From Antedon mediterranea (taxonomy: Eukaryota; Animalia; Echinodermata), in assembly GCF_964355755.1 (NCBI RefSeq), contig NC_092673.1, forward strand, positions 32,919,648-32,983,647: a stretch of DNA of 64,000 nucleotides, in the 5' to 3' direction. Of the stretch, positions 35,150 to 47,487 are shown piece by piece; within the stretch, counting starts at the first letter, position 1; each line of letters begins with the position of its first letter. Made by a program: the position numbers and the translations under genes. The notes beneath the pieces were generated by a model, which saw only the letters and a list, made by a program, of their open reading frames with translations, did not search any database and was not told the origin of the DNA.

Positions 35150-36080
35150 GTTCTCAATCAATTCAATGAAGCTATCAACTAATTTTATCGACAACAGATA
35201 GTCCAGAAGTATTATGCTAATTTGCTATGGCATTTCACGTCTTCCTCACCGACGATAAATGTTATTTTTGAACGAGGTATACGCCCAAAACTATGTACCT
35301 ACCCGGTAACAAGCTTTCCCAGATTCATGTTTCCATGGCCTAAGACCTGGACTCGATACAGAATGATTGGATAGACGATAACAACGTTTAGTTTAATTTG
35401 TTTATATAGCTAGACCTATATGACAGTAACAGAAATTTGGCTGGATAAACCAGACCTCTTTTTTTACAAATTTATATTGTATGCTCAATTTACTGCAAAT
35501 CACATACGTTTTTATTCGAAATTGATCTTTTGTGTTATCGCATGAGAACACGCACGAGTAGTATGGAATAAACTTATTTATAAATCCAGCATATTTATTG
35601 TTACACCCACGTACATTCATTCATTGTTAAATTTAGTGCTAGACCCAAACAATTGTGATACTTACAATTAGTATTCTACGAGGTAAATGTAGGCTTATTT
35701 ACATTTTTTTCACATATCAATCACGTTGTGTCGAAAGTTAATAGGATGATGGGCTTGTGGAGAAATTGTAGGTTCATGAGCGATGGTAGGGCACTTTTAT
35801 CTTTATACAAATCTATTATACGTCCTCACCTTGAAGATTGTTCAGTAATTTTATTAATTCAATTTCTCAATGTCAGGCCCGTCGAATTGACGCTGTGCAA
35901 CGGAAGTTGGTACGGTACGATTTTTGTCTTATAATTGTCCTGATTTTGTTTTTTTCCATTGAATCTGTTAGCAATCGTCGAAGGATGGCTGATATGGTTT
36001 TTCAACTTGTTTATGTGGCATTAATTGTGAGTGGTATCTCACTAATCTATGCTATCGCCATTTTAAGGCCTTCCATATAG
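35150..36080 (+). mobile_element. Old CR1/Jockey-like LINE RT remnants
   Basis: Fragment HINHVVSKVNRMMG...LLSLYKSIIRPHLEDCS...IDAVQRK. Boundaries are approximate. Confidence 0.6.
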
Positions 36081-36188
36081 GGGGGTTCTGGCGGGCCTAT
36101 GCAGAGGAGGATGTCAATGGGCATCTCATGGTGGTGAAATTAAGTGGTATTTTATCTGGTACAATTTTGTAAGCACATTTTGTGGTCC

Positions 36189-37120
36189 CCCGGGTGCGAT
36201 TTTTTTTTTCGTACATAAGTTGGGGACCCCTTAATGAAACGTCATAAAATAAACATGAATAATTCATCAGTTAAATTTTCTTGTTCCGTGTGCACCCAAG
36301 CGTATAGCAACACGAAGTGATTACACGACACAACTGCGATACGATTCTAGGCCTATCTCCGCTGTGGTTGCGGCGTGCGATTTCATAAAAGAATAGCGGC
36401 GTTTTGTGTGGATTGTCGAAATAATCAGCCTATAGTTTATGATAGTGTTTTTAATATAATGTATTACTAAAGAATTACGTGTTAAAATTATAGTTTCTAT
36501 TAGTACTATTAAGCCTAATTATTAGTCTCTAAAGCCCATGTCTATTCTAGTAGTCTGTGTGGGTGTGACGTGTGTGTTACTGTTAGGTATGACACAGTCC
36601 GAGTAATAAGTGATCAGCAAAATTAAACAATTACATTATACAAAAATACATTTTTTATTCTTGTGGTTCTAATCTTTCCATTCCATCTCATGTGTTCATA
36701 ATTCAACGCGGCATTTTTAAAGTTCCTTTGAGTACATGGGATGCATATTGTTTGATAATAAAATAGCAGAATTAAAAAATTACAGTACACAAATTATACA
36801 CATTCTTCTTGTGGGTCTAAGCTTTCTATGGCCTATGTCTAATTACTACTAGTTGAATGTCTTGCCTAGCTGTCGAATAGCCTCGACACATTTTGCATAT
36901 GTTGGTGTGTGTGTGAAGAAGAGTGCGCGAAGGTAATCACATGAATTGACCTAGAATCCTAGGCCTAGAAAGAATCGTATCGCAGTTGTAATCACTTGTT
37001 GCTATACGGTTGGGTACACACGGAACCAAAAATTTAACTGATGAATTATTCATGTTTATTTTGTGACGTTACATGAGGGGGTCCCCAACTTATGTACGAA
37101 AAAAAAAATCGCCCCCCGGG
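36189..37120. mobile_element. Foldback/MITE with about 170-bp terminal inverted repeats
   Basis: CCCGGGTGCGATTTTTTTTTTCGTACATAAGTTGGGGACCCC... at the left is the reverse complement of about 36960-37120. No clear TSD. Confidence 0.8.
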
Positions 37121-37314
37121 TGTATACGCAGACTCACATTTTCTTTGACTTCAGGTGACCTCTTACAAACTTACATAGTCAGATATAGTAATCTAACCAA
37201 ATGTATCTGGGCTGCCATCTAACAGGATATTCGCCGTCCTCCCCCAACCGTCCTGTTTCGTAAAGTACCTACTTTATAGCAACAACGGTGATTTGTCGCT
37301 GCACACATGCAATC

Positions 37315-38899
37315 TTTTTAGTCGCGTGGAAGCGACTCTATAGTTCACTATGTCGGTCGGTCGGTCTGTCGGTCTGTCGGTCTGTCTGTCGGTCCGGTAT
37401 CACTATGCGTTTTATCGCTTTCTGACCTTATCTTGATATCATTTTAATCTAGCTAAGTCAATTTTTCACAGTATATTCCTTATGGCCAGGAATCGATGTG
37501 GTTATGTTTTCACGGTGCGCAATAAAAAAATACGCGGTCTACGCACGATTTAACGAAATCACGTTTGTAATCATATCTTCACAACCATGAATCACAATTA
37601 AATAAAATTTGGTACTCATAAATTTCAGGGCATAAATCATCATATGGCAATACAATTACGTGCGTAGCACATGTAACGCATGCGTACGCGCGCTTAAAAT
37701 TTTCAAAATTTATTTTTGATGAAATAAGAGTACGTTTCAGGTAATTTTATTACAAAATTGCCATGAGTCACAAAGCCACAAAGTTACGCGCGCACACGCA
37801 TTTAAAATTTTAAAATGCACAAAATTCATTTTAATCAACTTTCTACGCGTTTCTTGTCATTTTGAGCATGTAAAAAATTCCCATACGCCCGCAAATTTTT
37901 ACGCGCGTGGTGCGCACGTAGCGTTAAATACATATTTTTTTCGCGTGATTTATGTTTTTGCAGCATTTTCTAATAATTTTACCATCTTTTAAACAATTTC
38001 GACTTAAAATTACGTCATACGAGCACGTCGAATTGGATAATTTGCGCACGTTTTTGATGAAAAAGTTAAAAAATTCGTCAAAATTATGCCTTTTTAGTCG
38101 CGTGGACGCGACTATAGTTCACTATGTCGGTCGGTCTGTCTGTCGGTCTGTCTGTCAAGGCTGTTGGCCTTGTTTTTACTATCCGTACTTCGCGAATAAC
38201 CCAAGGATAATTTTCTTAAACCAACAAAAGTTCCTCATATTTTGTGGCGTTCCGCTAAAACTTGGAAATAGAACATTTCGTAATGTGGTCACGTCAACAT
38301 ATAATTTTTATGGCGTCAGATTGCACAGCGATACTTGCGCGACATTTTATGAAAGATTGAACATAAATTCAAAAGTAATATGGATATTTTGCAATGAAAC
38401 TTGATAAAGGTATACTTCTTATCAAGGTCATGTGTAAATGGCGTGCACCACAATAAGTTCTAAAGTTCCATAACATCCTAAAATGTGCTCATTTTAGGAT
38501 ATGTTTGATCAAATCATTGGTATTTCCTCCATCTTGATGGTTTTGACTCAATAAACATATCTTTAATATTATGGTGACGATTTTTACACTAATTCAGTAC
38601 TTGTATTGTTATACACTTGATACAGGTGAGTATGACGTATATTATTATTACGAAATAAAATAAATATGGAAGAAATTTGATTTAGACGTTCAAGAATGTT
38701 AGTGGTTGAAATCGGTGGTGTTAATGTAATCATTATTTCGTCATCGTCGGGTCACGCGTATATTAATTATGTTTATGGAATAATACATTTTTAGTCGCAT
38801 GCAACGCGACTCTAGAGCTCACTATGTTGGTCGGTCGGTCTGTCGGTCGGTAAACACTAACCTCAGCACGCGACTGCAGCCATGTATATGGCCTTGTTT
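37315..38899 (+). mobile_element. Three Helentron-associated (HINE/DINE-1-like) elements, starting near 37315, 38091 and 38788
   Basis: Repeated head TTTTAGTCGCGTGG..GCGACT.TAGTTCACTATGT followed by a (CGGT/CTGT)n microsatellite. The third copy ends with a subTIR CACGCGACT, the hairpin GCCATGTATATGGC and a T-run. Confidence 0.7.
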
Positions 38900-40433
38900 A
38901 TTCATAATTTTTCAGTCGGCATTGCTGTCTTTACCGCTGTTACTTTGTGTGTTTAGTCTTGAAACATGTGAGCCGACTACTTACTAATTTCATAACAAAT
39001 AATACAACATCGAACGTTATTCTAATTATAAAAGCACAATTTTTGTTTGCAAAGCCAAACAATTATTTTAGTCCATACAATTATTCATTAATATAATTTT
39101 TGAAATAGGCCTACTATAACTATATTAATTTCGGACATGAATGCCTTTCTTTCTCATTTTAAAAACACTACAAGCAGAAATATGTAAAAGTATCATTTTG
39201 AAATCAAAGGAAACATAATGTTACGGTATACATTAAAGAAAGCAATTAATGAGTAATTTACTGGTACCTAAGATGACACAGTAAGACAATTATTTAATAC
39301 AGCAATCAGGCCAAATCGTACTAAGTACAGTGTAAGAAACAAATAGGCTATTCCAAAGTAGAATATTATTACTAATACATTACGATATATAGTTTTGAAT
39401 AATTTTTCTCTTATACTTAAAAACCGCATTATTAAAAAGACTAGGCCTACAACGTTACACATCCAAACTATTTAATTATTACTATTATCCATTACTCCAC
39501 AATTATTATTTTTCTCATTTCTGTAATTCATTTTCATTTATCTTTTTATTTCGGAATATCATGGTGACATAATATAAAATCCATAGCAAAAGAGAGAAAA
39601 AAAAATCTTAATCTAACAGCTCATAGAACAAAAACAAAGATATGTAAATAAATAAAGTCAATGCAACAAAGCATTCCATTGTATGTGCATTATTGACACA
39701 TTAAAATTATTTTGATTGATTATTTTCTAAAATGGAAAGTACAGTAAGTGAATTTAAGTTAAATTAATCATTCAAATTAAGGATAGGAAAACAATATCTT
39801 AATGATAAGCGATATTATACAAACATTGTCACACCATTCACTTGATACATTTTAAGTGAATGACAGAATTATAAGACAAGAATGATAACATCAAACACGA
39901 TTATATTAATGAAAAAGTATAAACAAATGGTATTCAATTAATTCACGACAATTTAATAATCTAAATAAAGCGAGTGAGTATATTATACACTGTACGAGTG
40001 GATAAAAGAAAGTGAATATAGGTCTAATACGTGAGTGGATATAAAGCAAATGAATAGTATAATATTTCTAATAAAGCAATTCTAATTTTAAAATTACGAT
40101 GCTCCAGAAATCACGAGATAATAACAATATGTATTTCCCGGCCAATTAGAAACAAAAATCTTCTTGGATCATCAACAGTTTTTTAAATTATGAGAGTCAA
40201 TTGATCCTACAGTAACATTGTAGCAATTGTTTATATAACACTTTTTAAAATTAGCATATCCTTAAAGAAAATGTATTATTCAGAAAATGTAAAACAGTAT
40301 TGAATACTAGTTGTATTACTGTCTATGTCACAGCAATCTTAAATGTCAGTGCTTCGGGCCACGGTAAACATTATAAACGAAAATTGAAAGGTTGGTACAG
40401 CCATATAAACCAAATCATTTTTATGTAGCTTAT

Positions 40434-43400
40434 TTAAATGTCGTACAGCTTTTTCATATCTTCTTTAGCTTCTTCTAATGTAATATTCTTCCATCCTTCC
40501 GGAATATCAGTCAACTTTGTACCGTAGAACTTAGCTAGTTCAGTATTATATGTTGCCAAAAACCATTTCCAGAACTTCTCCGACTCGTCTGCCAGAGGTT
40601 CAATTTTCCATGATGCGCATCTGGTATTCACACTCTTATAATTTCTAAAATTAATGTATTCATTATTCGTAATTTTACTCTTAAAGCTATAGTTACACAT
40701 TACTGCAGTTGTGCACATATCTGTAAGAAGTTTTTCAGTATGCGCCCATCTACCTCCAGTAACTCCCATTGGTATGTGACAATCTGTACGATGATGATCA
40801 TGTTTCCCATTAAGATCGCATAGAGCATGACAAAACGGACACACTTCCTGGCAATTTAGCAGATCAGCTAAAAACAACTGACAGCAGGATTTGATAATTT
40901 CACTGAAAATGCTACTATCAAAAGCTTTAATAACAGTGTCTTCGATGCCTTTTAGTTCAACCATCAATGTGTCGATGAGCTCGTGCAATTTCAAGTCCCT
41001 TTCTTCATCAAACAACCTAATGTCTGTTTTGAGACCTAACTCTTCATCAGTATGTTCCAGTAAGGCTGGCCACCACAATTTCATTGTTGTCATAGCAGTA
41101 TCTCCTTCTTTGTCCTTCTTACTTACTACCTTACTTTCTGTACGTAAGGTAGTGATATCTTGCTTTAATCCAGTTACTATTTCTGAAACTTTATCCCTGT
41201 ATTTTTGTTCTAGTAAAGAAATACCAGTTTCATCATTCTTTTGTAAACACATATTATGTATCTTTGTAAAGCTAAATTTGGTGATACACAAAATTGGCTG
41301 AAATAAACATGGCAAAAGTGATTGGAAGCCCATGTCGGCTTTTTCAATCAACATCATTGCATGGAGAGACCTCTTACTAGAAAACCCTTTAGCCGTACTG
41401 TGTCTTAGATGGTCGATTACTTCAAATTTACATTTAGCTGGAAGAGATGTTTTAATAGAATATGTAAGCTCTCGTGATATAGCTGACGCAACTTTAACAA
41501 CTATTTGGAGATCCTTACATTCTTCTTTAAACATGTGCCATAGTCTTTCCTTTTGAGACTCCATGTATAGTCTCGGGTCATTTTCGCGTTTGTGTTGCTC
41601 CTGCATATCTTCCAAGCTGGGTATAAGTACAGCATAGAAATTGCACACGGCTAGTGGAATAATACTGTTTTTGTTAATGGTAACTTTTTCATCTATCTTC
41701 ATGTTTTCCAATCCACTTGATAGCTTACTAAACAGTTCAAATCCAAGTTGTTTATTGTATTTTGTTCCACTCTGTCTATGATTTGAGATTACCGTTTTAA
41801 GATCTTCTAAAATCTGTTGTCTAGCGTAATTAGCTTTATATGCATACGCTTTCTTGCCCTTGAAACGGAACACTAGTTTCACATTTTCGAACCATGAAAA
41901 ATCCAGATCGTTTTCTTGTACTTCCGTTCGGGAAAGGTCAGATTGCCATACGCGCTTTACTTCTAATTTATGGTTTTCTATTTGATAGTCTTCAGTGATT
42001 ATTTGAAAAGACGTTCTTATATCTTCATAATCATCACCAATTGGTACTTTTGTAACCCACTCATTCCAGTTTTTAGCAAACTCACTTTCAAGTTGTTCAT
42101 CAGGCAGTTTTAGGTGTCGATACTCATCGGCAAGGGTTTTAGCTTTTTCATAGATTTCTTGTTCGTACGTTTTAATATTGGCCTCGATTTTAGCTCTTCC
42201 AGTTGTTTTAATTACAATAGATTTAAATGTACCCCTCATGTCTTTTTTGATTTCACTACAAACATCTGAAAGTTGTATTTCCACCTTTTTTTTCCATTGA
42301 ATTGCTTTTTTGTTTTCTTTAAAATAAGTCTCCATGCTTGATTGAACATCACTGATGTCTTTCTCTAACTTCTGTAAGTAATCGCCAAGACATTTTTCTC
42401 CCTTTTCATTTACATTTTCAACTGAAAACTCCTTACATTTAATTTGAAGGCTTTCGCTGTATTTCAGTGCATTTCTTCTTAATGTACGGGCATGCTTCAC
42501 ATGTTCTGCATTCAACGCATTAAAAGCTTGGATGTCGAGAGAATTTCTAAAGCTGAATACAAAATCTTGACATAATATTGCTTTCCAAAGATCAGACAGC
42601 AATGTTATGAAATTAGGTATACTTTTTGGTTCTGAATTTTTCATGATTTCCACGATTTGTTTCTTTACTTGAAGAATGCATTTGCTGTAACCGGGATTTG
42701 GAGGCGCCATCGGTGGATCTCCTTGCCAAAGGCTGGAAATGTACATAATGTGCTTGTGTTCTTGAAAGGTAATGACATCAGAAAACGATTTATATCTTTC
42801 ACTGCAATTCTCGGCATGAGCTGCAATTTCAGTAATCTTATCCAACATTTCTCGCATACTTCTTTTTTGTGTCGTATTCAATTCAGATGCTGTGACATCA
42901 GTGACGTTTTGGTGTACAAATAAACAGCTAGGTTTAATATTAACATTACCCATTTTCATAAAAGCATGTACAGCAATTTGAAGTGTGTCTTGCATGTCAG
43001 TTGGGTTTTCTCCCATAATATTTATTATGGTAAGATCACCTAAGCCAATCACAAGCGTGGCCAGTTCGTTGTCACGGTTGTTGGTATGTTCAATGCTAGC
43101 AGATTCAGGAGATCGCAACCCCTCAGTGTCAACCACCAGAATGTAATCACACTTTGCCTTTAAATCTGTATCTAAAGGTACAAGCTGGGCAAATATGCCT
43201 TTAGTACATCTACCAGCACTAACAGCAAATTGTAAACCAAACATAGCATTTAACATAGTTGATTTCCCGCTACTCTGAATGCCTAATACAGATAACACAA
43301 ACATCTTTTTATCTTTGCCAATTTGACACTTCAGAGATTCGAACACGGCCTCAACCCAAGTGAGAGGCACGTGGCTGGCATCACCATCCATTAACTCAAT

Positions 43401-45152
43401 GGGGTATCCATGTAGTAACATTTCAGCAGCAACTTCAGGTAACCGACTATTTCCCGCTGCTTGTAGTTGTTTTAGATCTAATGACATTTCGTAGTGTTGT
43501 CCAATTTCTCTATTGAAGTGTTCTAATCCCAATGAATCACGTGACAGTTTCTGCTCAAGCTCATCAAGTTTAGCTTTTGATGATACAGATTTCTCTTGTT
43601 GGGGGTTTTCACATAAGTCATTCCATCTTCGGATGTACTCTCTACGTATTGGATGTAGCGTATCGATACAATATTTATCGGTCAAAACCTTGACAAACCC
43701 AAAGAAATATTTTCTTTTTAAAAGTGTGTTTGTGAACGAGGATCTGAACATCTCATATGTGCAACCCATACGTCTGTTTTTGTGTTTGGCTAACTGTTTA
43801 CGACGAAGTTCCAATACCTCTTCCTTTTGCTTGTTAACATATGCTACAATTTGCATATGACTTTCTTTTCTCAGTAGCCGATGCTGTTCCTTTTTTGCCT
43901 CTCCTATATCTACTGTTATCTCCTGTAAGGGCAGCTCTTCCTGTTTTCCTGCACGTTTGACTTGCTGGAGCAATTTTTCGGCACTCTGTTTAGCTTCGAA
44001 ACAGTTCTGTTCGATTTCGTCAGCATGATAATTCATTTTCTCCGCTATTTCAATGCACATTTCAATACTATGGCGTAGTCCTACAGTACCTTTTTCACAA
44101 TTAGATCCAAGTATTTGCCAAATTTGTCCACTTAATTTCAGCTCGTTCTTGTTTTCTGACGTAATATATTGTACTTGTTTCTTCATATCTCTGTTTTCTG
44201 TATCCATTTTACAAAATGCATCTCTTAAAGCTTCGTTAGGAGATCCATCTAAGATAAAAATTACGTGTCCCTCTTGTGTATATAAAGATTCAAGTAACGT
44301 GGTGTGATGTTCATTAAAATCAGAACAGGAAACAAATGCAATAGTGACCAGTGATATCTTGGATAAAAATGACGTCTGACTTTCAAAATTTGACGCATTT
44401 CCTCGCAAATTTATGAAAGTCAGAGCATCTGCAAAGGTACATGTACTTTTCTGTGAGGGAAGGTACCATGCAATTTCTAATAAGCCATCTGATAATTTTC
44501 GTTTTAAATTACCACCTTTGCACTCAGAATGAAAGAAAATGTTGTGTTTCTGCTCATTAATGACACAGTTGACAACTTTAGATTTGGAGATTTTAGGTCT
44601 TCCTAATCGCAAAGCAGACACAATCGGTAACTTCTCTGTTACCACTGATCGTTCACAAGATGAACCTGAACTTGTTTGCCATTTCTTTGTGATTGTTCTC
44701 ATTCCCCACACAATCAGTTCCCATTCTTTATTAGGTACGTCCGTAACTGGCATCAGTAACGGAATAGCTAGCTGACATATTGACAATTTTTCAATCAAAA
44801 TTTGTCTTAAGAAGTCGTCACAACACAAGAAAATAGCTACCAATGAATCTATTGGATTTACTTGACCGTCATTTGTATCTGTTTCTTTTCCTAGAACAGA
44901 AGTAAGTGAAAATGACTTTTCTTGTGAAGATGAACTTTCTTCTAATTCGAAAGATCTTCCTTCGTAATTACACGTTACAATATTTTGCAAAATGTACCAT
45001 GGTATTTTGTCAGGGTGACCATTGAGTTCCTCAGGTGAAATCACATTTTCGGAAACTACAAATACTTGTTTACGAGTCAGGTTTCTTGGATAATACTTAC
45101 TAAGTCCCAGCTTTTCAACCACTCGCCGGTATTTTCTTAATTTATTGTCCAT
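40434..45152 (-). CDS. GVIN1: Very large inducible GTPase (VLIG/GVIN1/URGCP family), about 1572 aa, single coding exon, intact
   Basis: G1 GIQSSGKS, switch I AVSAGRCTKG, G3 DTEG, NELATLVIGL and FVHQNV; C-terminal CPFCHALC...H...H.P.G and WKWFLA...IPEGWKNIT. A splice acceptor tttacag ends at 45166, ahead of the ATG at 45152. Upstream coding exons cannot be excluded, and the symbol is family-level only. Confidence 0.93.
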   Translation of the reverse strand: MDNKLRKYRRVVEKLGLSKYYPRNLTRKQVFVVSENVISPEELNGHPDKIPWYILQNIVTCNYEGRSFELEESSSSQEKSFSLTSVLGKETDTNDGQVNPIDSLVAIFLCCDDFLRQILIEKLSICQLAIPLLMPVTDVPNKEWELIVWGMRTITKKWQTSSGSSCERSVVTEKLPIVSALRLGRPKISKSKVVNCVINEQKHNIFFHSECKGGNLKRKLSDGLLEIAWYLPSQKSTCTFADALTFINLRGNASNFESQTSFLSKISLVTIAFVSCSDFNEHHTTLLESLYTQEGHVIFILDGSPNEALRDAFCKMDTENRDMKKQVQYITSENKNELKLSGQIWQILGSNCEKGTVGLRHSIEMCIEIAEKMNYHADEIEQNCFEAKQSAEKLLQQVKRAGKQEELPLQEITVDIGEAKKEQHRLLRKESHMQIVAYVNKQKEEVLELRRKQLAKHKNRRMGCTYEMFRSSFTNTLLKRKYFFGFVKVLTDKYCIDTLHPIRREYIRRWNDLCENPQQEKSVSSKAKLDELEQKLSRDSLGLEHFNREIGQHYEMSLDLKQLQAAGNSRLPEVAAEMLLHGYPIELMDGDASHVPLTWVEAVFESLKCQIGKDKKMFVLSVLGIQSSGKSTMLNAMFGLQFAVSAGRCTKGIFAQLVPLDTDLKAKCDYILVVDTEGLRSPESASIEHTNNRDNELATLVIGLGDLTIINIMGENPTDMQDTLQIAVHAFMKMGNVNIKPSCLFVHQNVTDVTASELNTTQKRSMREMLDKITEIAAHAENCSERYKSFSDVITFQEHKHIMYISSLWQGDPPMAPPNPGYSKCILQVKKQIVEIMKNSEPKSIPNFITLLSDLWKAILCQDFVFSFRNSLDIQAFNALNAEHVKHARTLRRNALKYSESLQIKCKEFSVENVNEKGEKCLGDYLQKLEKDISDVQSSMETYFKENKKAIQWKKKVEIQLSDVCSEIKKDMRGTFKSIVIKTTGRAKIEANIKTYEQEIYEKAKTLADEYRHLKLPDEQLESEFAKNWNEWVTKVPIGDDYEDIRTSFQIITEDYQIENHKLEVKRVWQSDLSRTEVQENDLDFSWFENVKLVFRFKGKKAYAYKANYARQQILEDLKTVISNHRQSGTKYNKQLGFELFSKLSSGLENMKIDEKVTINKNSIIPLAVCNFYAVLIPSLEDMQEQHKRENDPRLYMESQKERLWHMFKEECKDLQIVVKVASAISRELTYSIKTSLPAKCKFEVIDHLRHSTAKGFSSKRSLHAMMLIEKADMGFQSLLPCLFQPILCITKFSFTKIHNMCLQKNDETGISLLEQKYRDKVSEIVTGLKQDITTLRTESKVVSKKDKEGDTAMTTMKLWWPALLEHTDEELGLKTDIRLFDEERDLKLHELIDTLMVELKGIEDTVIKAFDSSIFSEIIKSCCQLFLADLLNCQEVCPFCHALCDLNGKHDHHRTDCHIPMGVTGGRWAHTEKLLTDMCTTAVMCNYSFKSKITNNEYINFRNYKSVNTRCASWKIEPLADESEKFWKWFLATYNTELAKFYGTKLTDIPEGWKNITLEEAKEDMKKLYDI

Positions 45153-45401
45153 CTTCTCTATAAAACTGTAAATAAAACAAACATACAAATACATTATTCT
45201 TAAAAATAAAATCAAAAGGCAGACTAATGTTCTATTTTCTATTGTTTTTGTGTGTAAGTTTCAAAACTGCGATCCCTGATGATCCGAGATTGGCTGGCTA
45301 TGTATAGTTGCGAAACGTCACTCACTCGTTTTGAAAAGTAGATTAGACGCAAGGAAAACAATAAACAAACGAAGCATGGATTAATGGATAACGATAACGA
45401 T

Positions 45402-47250
45402 GAGCTTAGGTCCATCTCGGCCGCCGACAACCTCGGTCGCCGGTTACAGAACGCGATATTGTATGGAGCGCCAAAAGTGCCTGTTATGATAGTGTAATAG
45501 TGACGACGTGGAATTACAGTCGACGCGGCCGCTAGTTCAATAACGGTAATCTGTATGGAACGCCGTGTGCGCTTTGATTGTCGTTTTATATTAGGCATAA
45601 TATTATATTTGGCATATAATAATTTACCTCTATTTATATGTACTGTATTAATTAATATATTATATAGAGAATATACGTCTGTGTCTTTTATTATGCAAAC
45701 AATTACGTAAAAGAGAACAATTTATTTAAAAACAATAATTTTTACAAATAATAATTTTTACAATATAGCCCGTAAAGCCAGCGTATCCATTTTTATACTT
45801 ATGCATACTGTGGTAGATTATATCATATCCGTGTCGTTAACAATTACATACTATTCGATCACCTTATTTTTATTTCTATTTTATTTATATCCGTAATGTA
45901 GGATAAAATTAAGTTTATAATGATTACTGTTGAAGCATATCACGTGTATATTTTATTTCTAATGTTTAAAATAGTTTTTAGTAAAATGATCATTATATGC
46001 GAGTTACTGAAATAAACCCCCGAATAAGCCATATTGGAGATGCGCCTTTTATGATCGTGCAGCTGTTTCCCGTAACAATACGTTATTTTGCTGACGGGGT
46101 TTCCCCTTTAAAAAAAAAACGCACTTGTTAGTATATACGTCGGCGATACTATAGATTTTAATTAGAAAAATCTTTTATTTCTTCATTTATAATAACAAGA
46201 ATTTATAATAAACAAGAAACAAACAAATAATAATCATTTAATGAAATAATTAAGTAAATGCAACTTAGTGTCTCACATTCATACGCCGTTCGTAAATCTA
46301 AATGTTTAAATATCAGTACAGATTACCTCTTTGAGAATCGTGTCCACCTTATTATCCATACATTATTCTCACATCTATCATTAATTGTACATCATAGTCC
46401 TACTGTAGGGGCAGTAGATTGATTTATAACGGCATAGTATCTGTATATTTTATTATTATCCCAAAACCATGCTCACTTCAAAGTAGCGGATATCGAATGC
46501 AAAAATCATCATCCATGCATCATCTTCCTTTATTGCATAAACCTCCTAAGCCACCCCAAGCTGGTATAGAACGAGTTTCGTAATTAACTGTGATTAAAAA
46601 ATACGCAATAGGCGCGTCTACTTGTTTAACTATTACATTATTATTTATTATTTTCAAAACTTTAAACAGTGGCATGCAAATCTTTTCAAAAACTTGCACA
46701 ATATTCAATAAAACATAAAACATGCGCCATATACAAATTAGCGCGACCAAAATAAAACGCGACCGATATCAAACGTAACTAAAATGATAAAAAGCGTATC
46801 TAGCAGCGCTCCATACAAAATACCGGATGTTGATTTTATCACGACCGATTTCAAACGCGACCGATTTCAAGCACGACCGATTTCATCTGACACCTTTAGG
46901 GGTATCCATGGAGAAATAAACTTATTTCTCCATGTGGTATCACAAATAATATTTTGTTAAAGTTAGCCAGCTTTAGATATAAAATAAATCGAATAGTAAA
47001 ATTATATTGATATTGATTGATATCACTACTACTAATTTATTAATCTGAAAAATTTAGAAAAAAAGCATTTATTAAAACAAAAATTAAAAGTTAATTAATG
47101 AATATATTAATAAGTATACATGTAGAATGCGTGCGTATGCGCTGCATTAAATTTTAATTACTCACAATACAAGCATCGGTGGCGTGCCATACAATTCGGC
47201 TTTTTAATCCGGCGGCCGAGATTTTCGGCGGCCGAGATGGATCTAACCCC
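45402..47250. mobile_element. Diverged TIR element (MULE-like) immediately upstream of the VLIG exon
   Basis: TTAGGTCCATCTCGGCCGCCGA...TTGTATGG at the left is inverted relative to CCATACAA...TCGGCGGCCGAGATGGATCTAA at about 47180-47246. Internal CGACCGATTTCA repeats lie at about 46760-46885. Confidence 0.6.
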
Positions 47251-47487
47251 CACCACGCTTTCCATTTGCACGATCCCTTCTAAAACGCGTGAAATCTGCA
47301 AGTGTAACCTCAGCGTCCAGCACATTATAGCAAAGAACAACAAAAACAACACAAGAATCTCCTGTTCGTAAGCGTGTAACAATTTCAAAAGGCATTGTAG
47401 GATAGAATAGAGCTAATGGGCCAATGGACAGATCCATATATATAAAGAGTTGCGACTTTGAATGGAGTAGAAGCCATGTTCGTGTCC

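Noticed and set aside
40891-44775. Plus-strand ORFs overlapping VLIG
   Set aside because: They are short antisense shadows of the long coding frame.
45153-45215. N-terminal 21 aa of the ORF-track VLIG (MILFLRIMYLYVCF...) as a signal peptide
   Set aside because: It translates the polypyrimidine tract and acceptor (tttacag) of an intron. The first in-exon ATG is at 45152.
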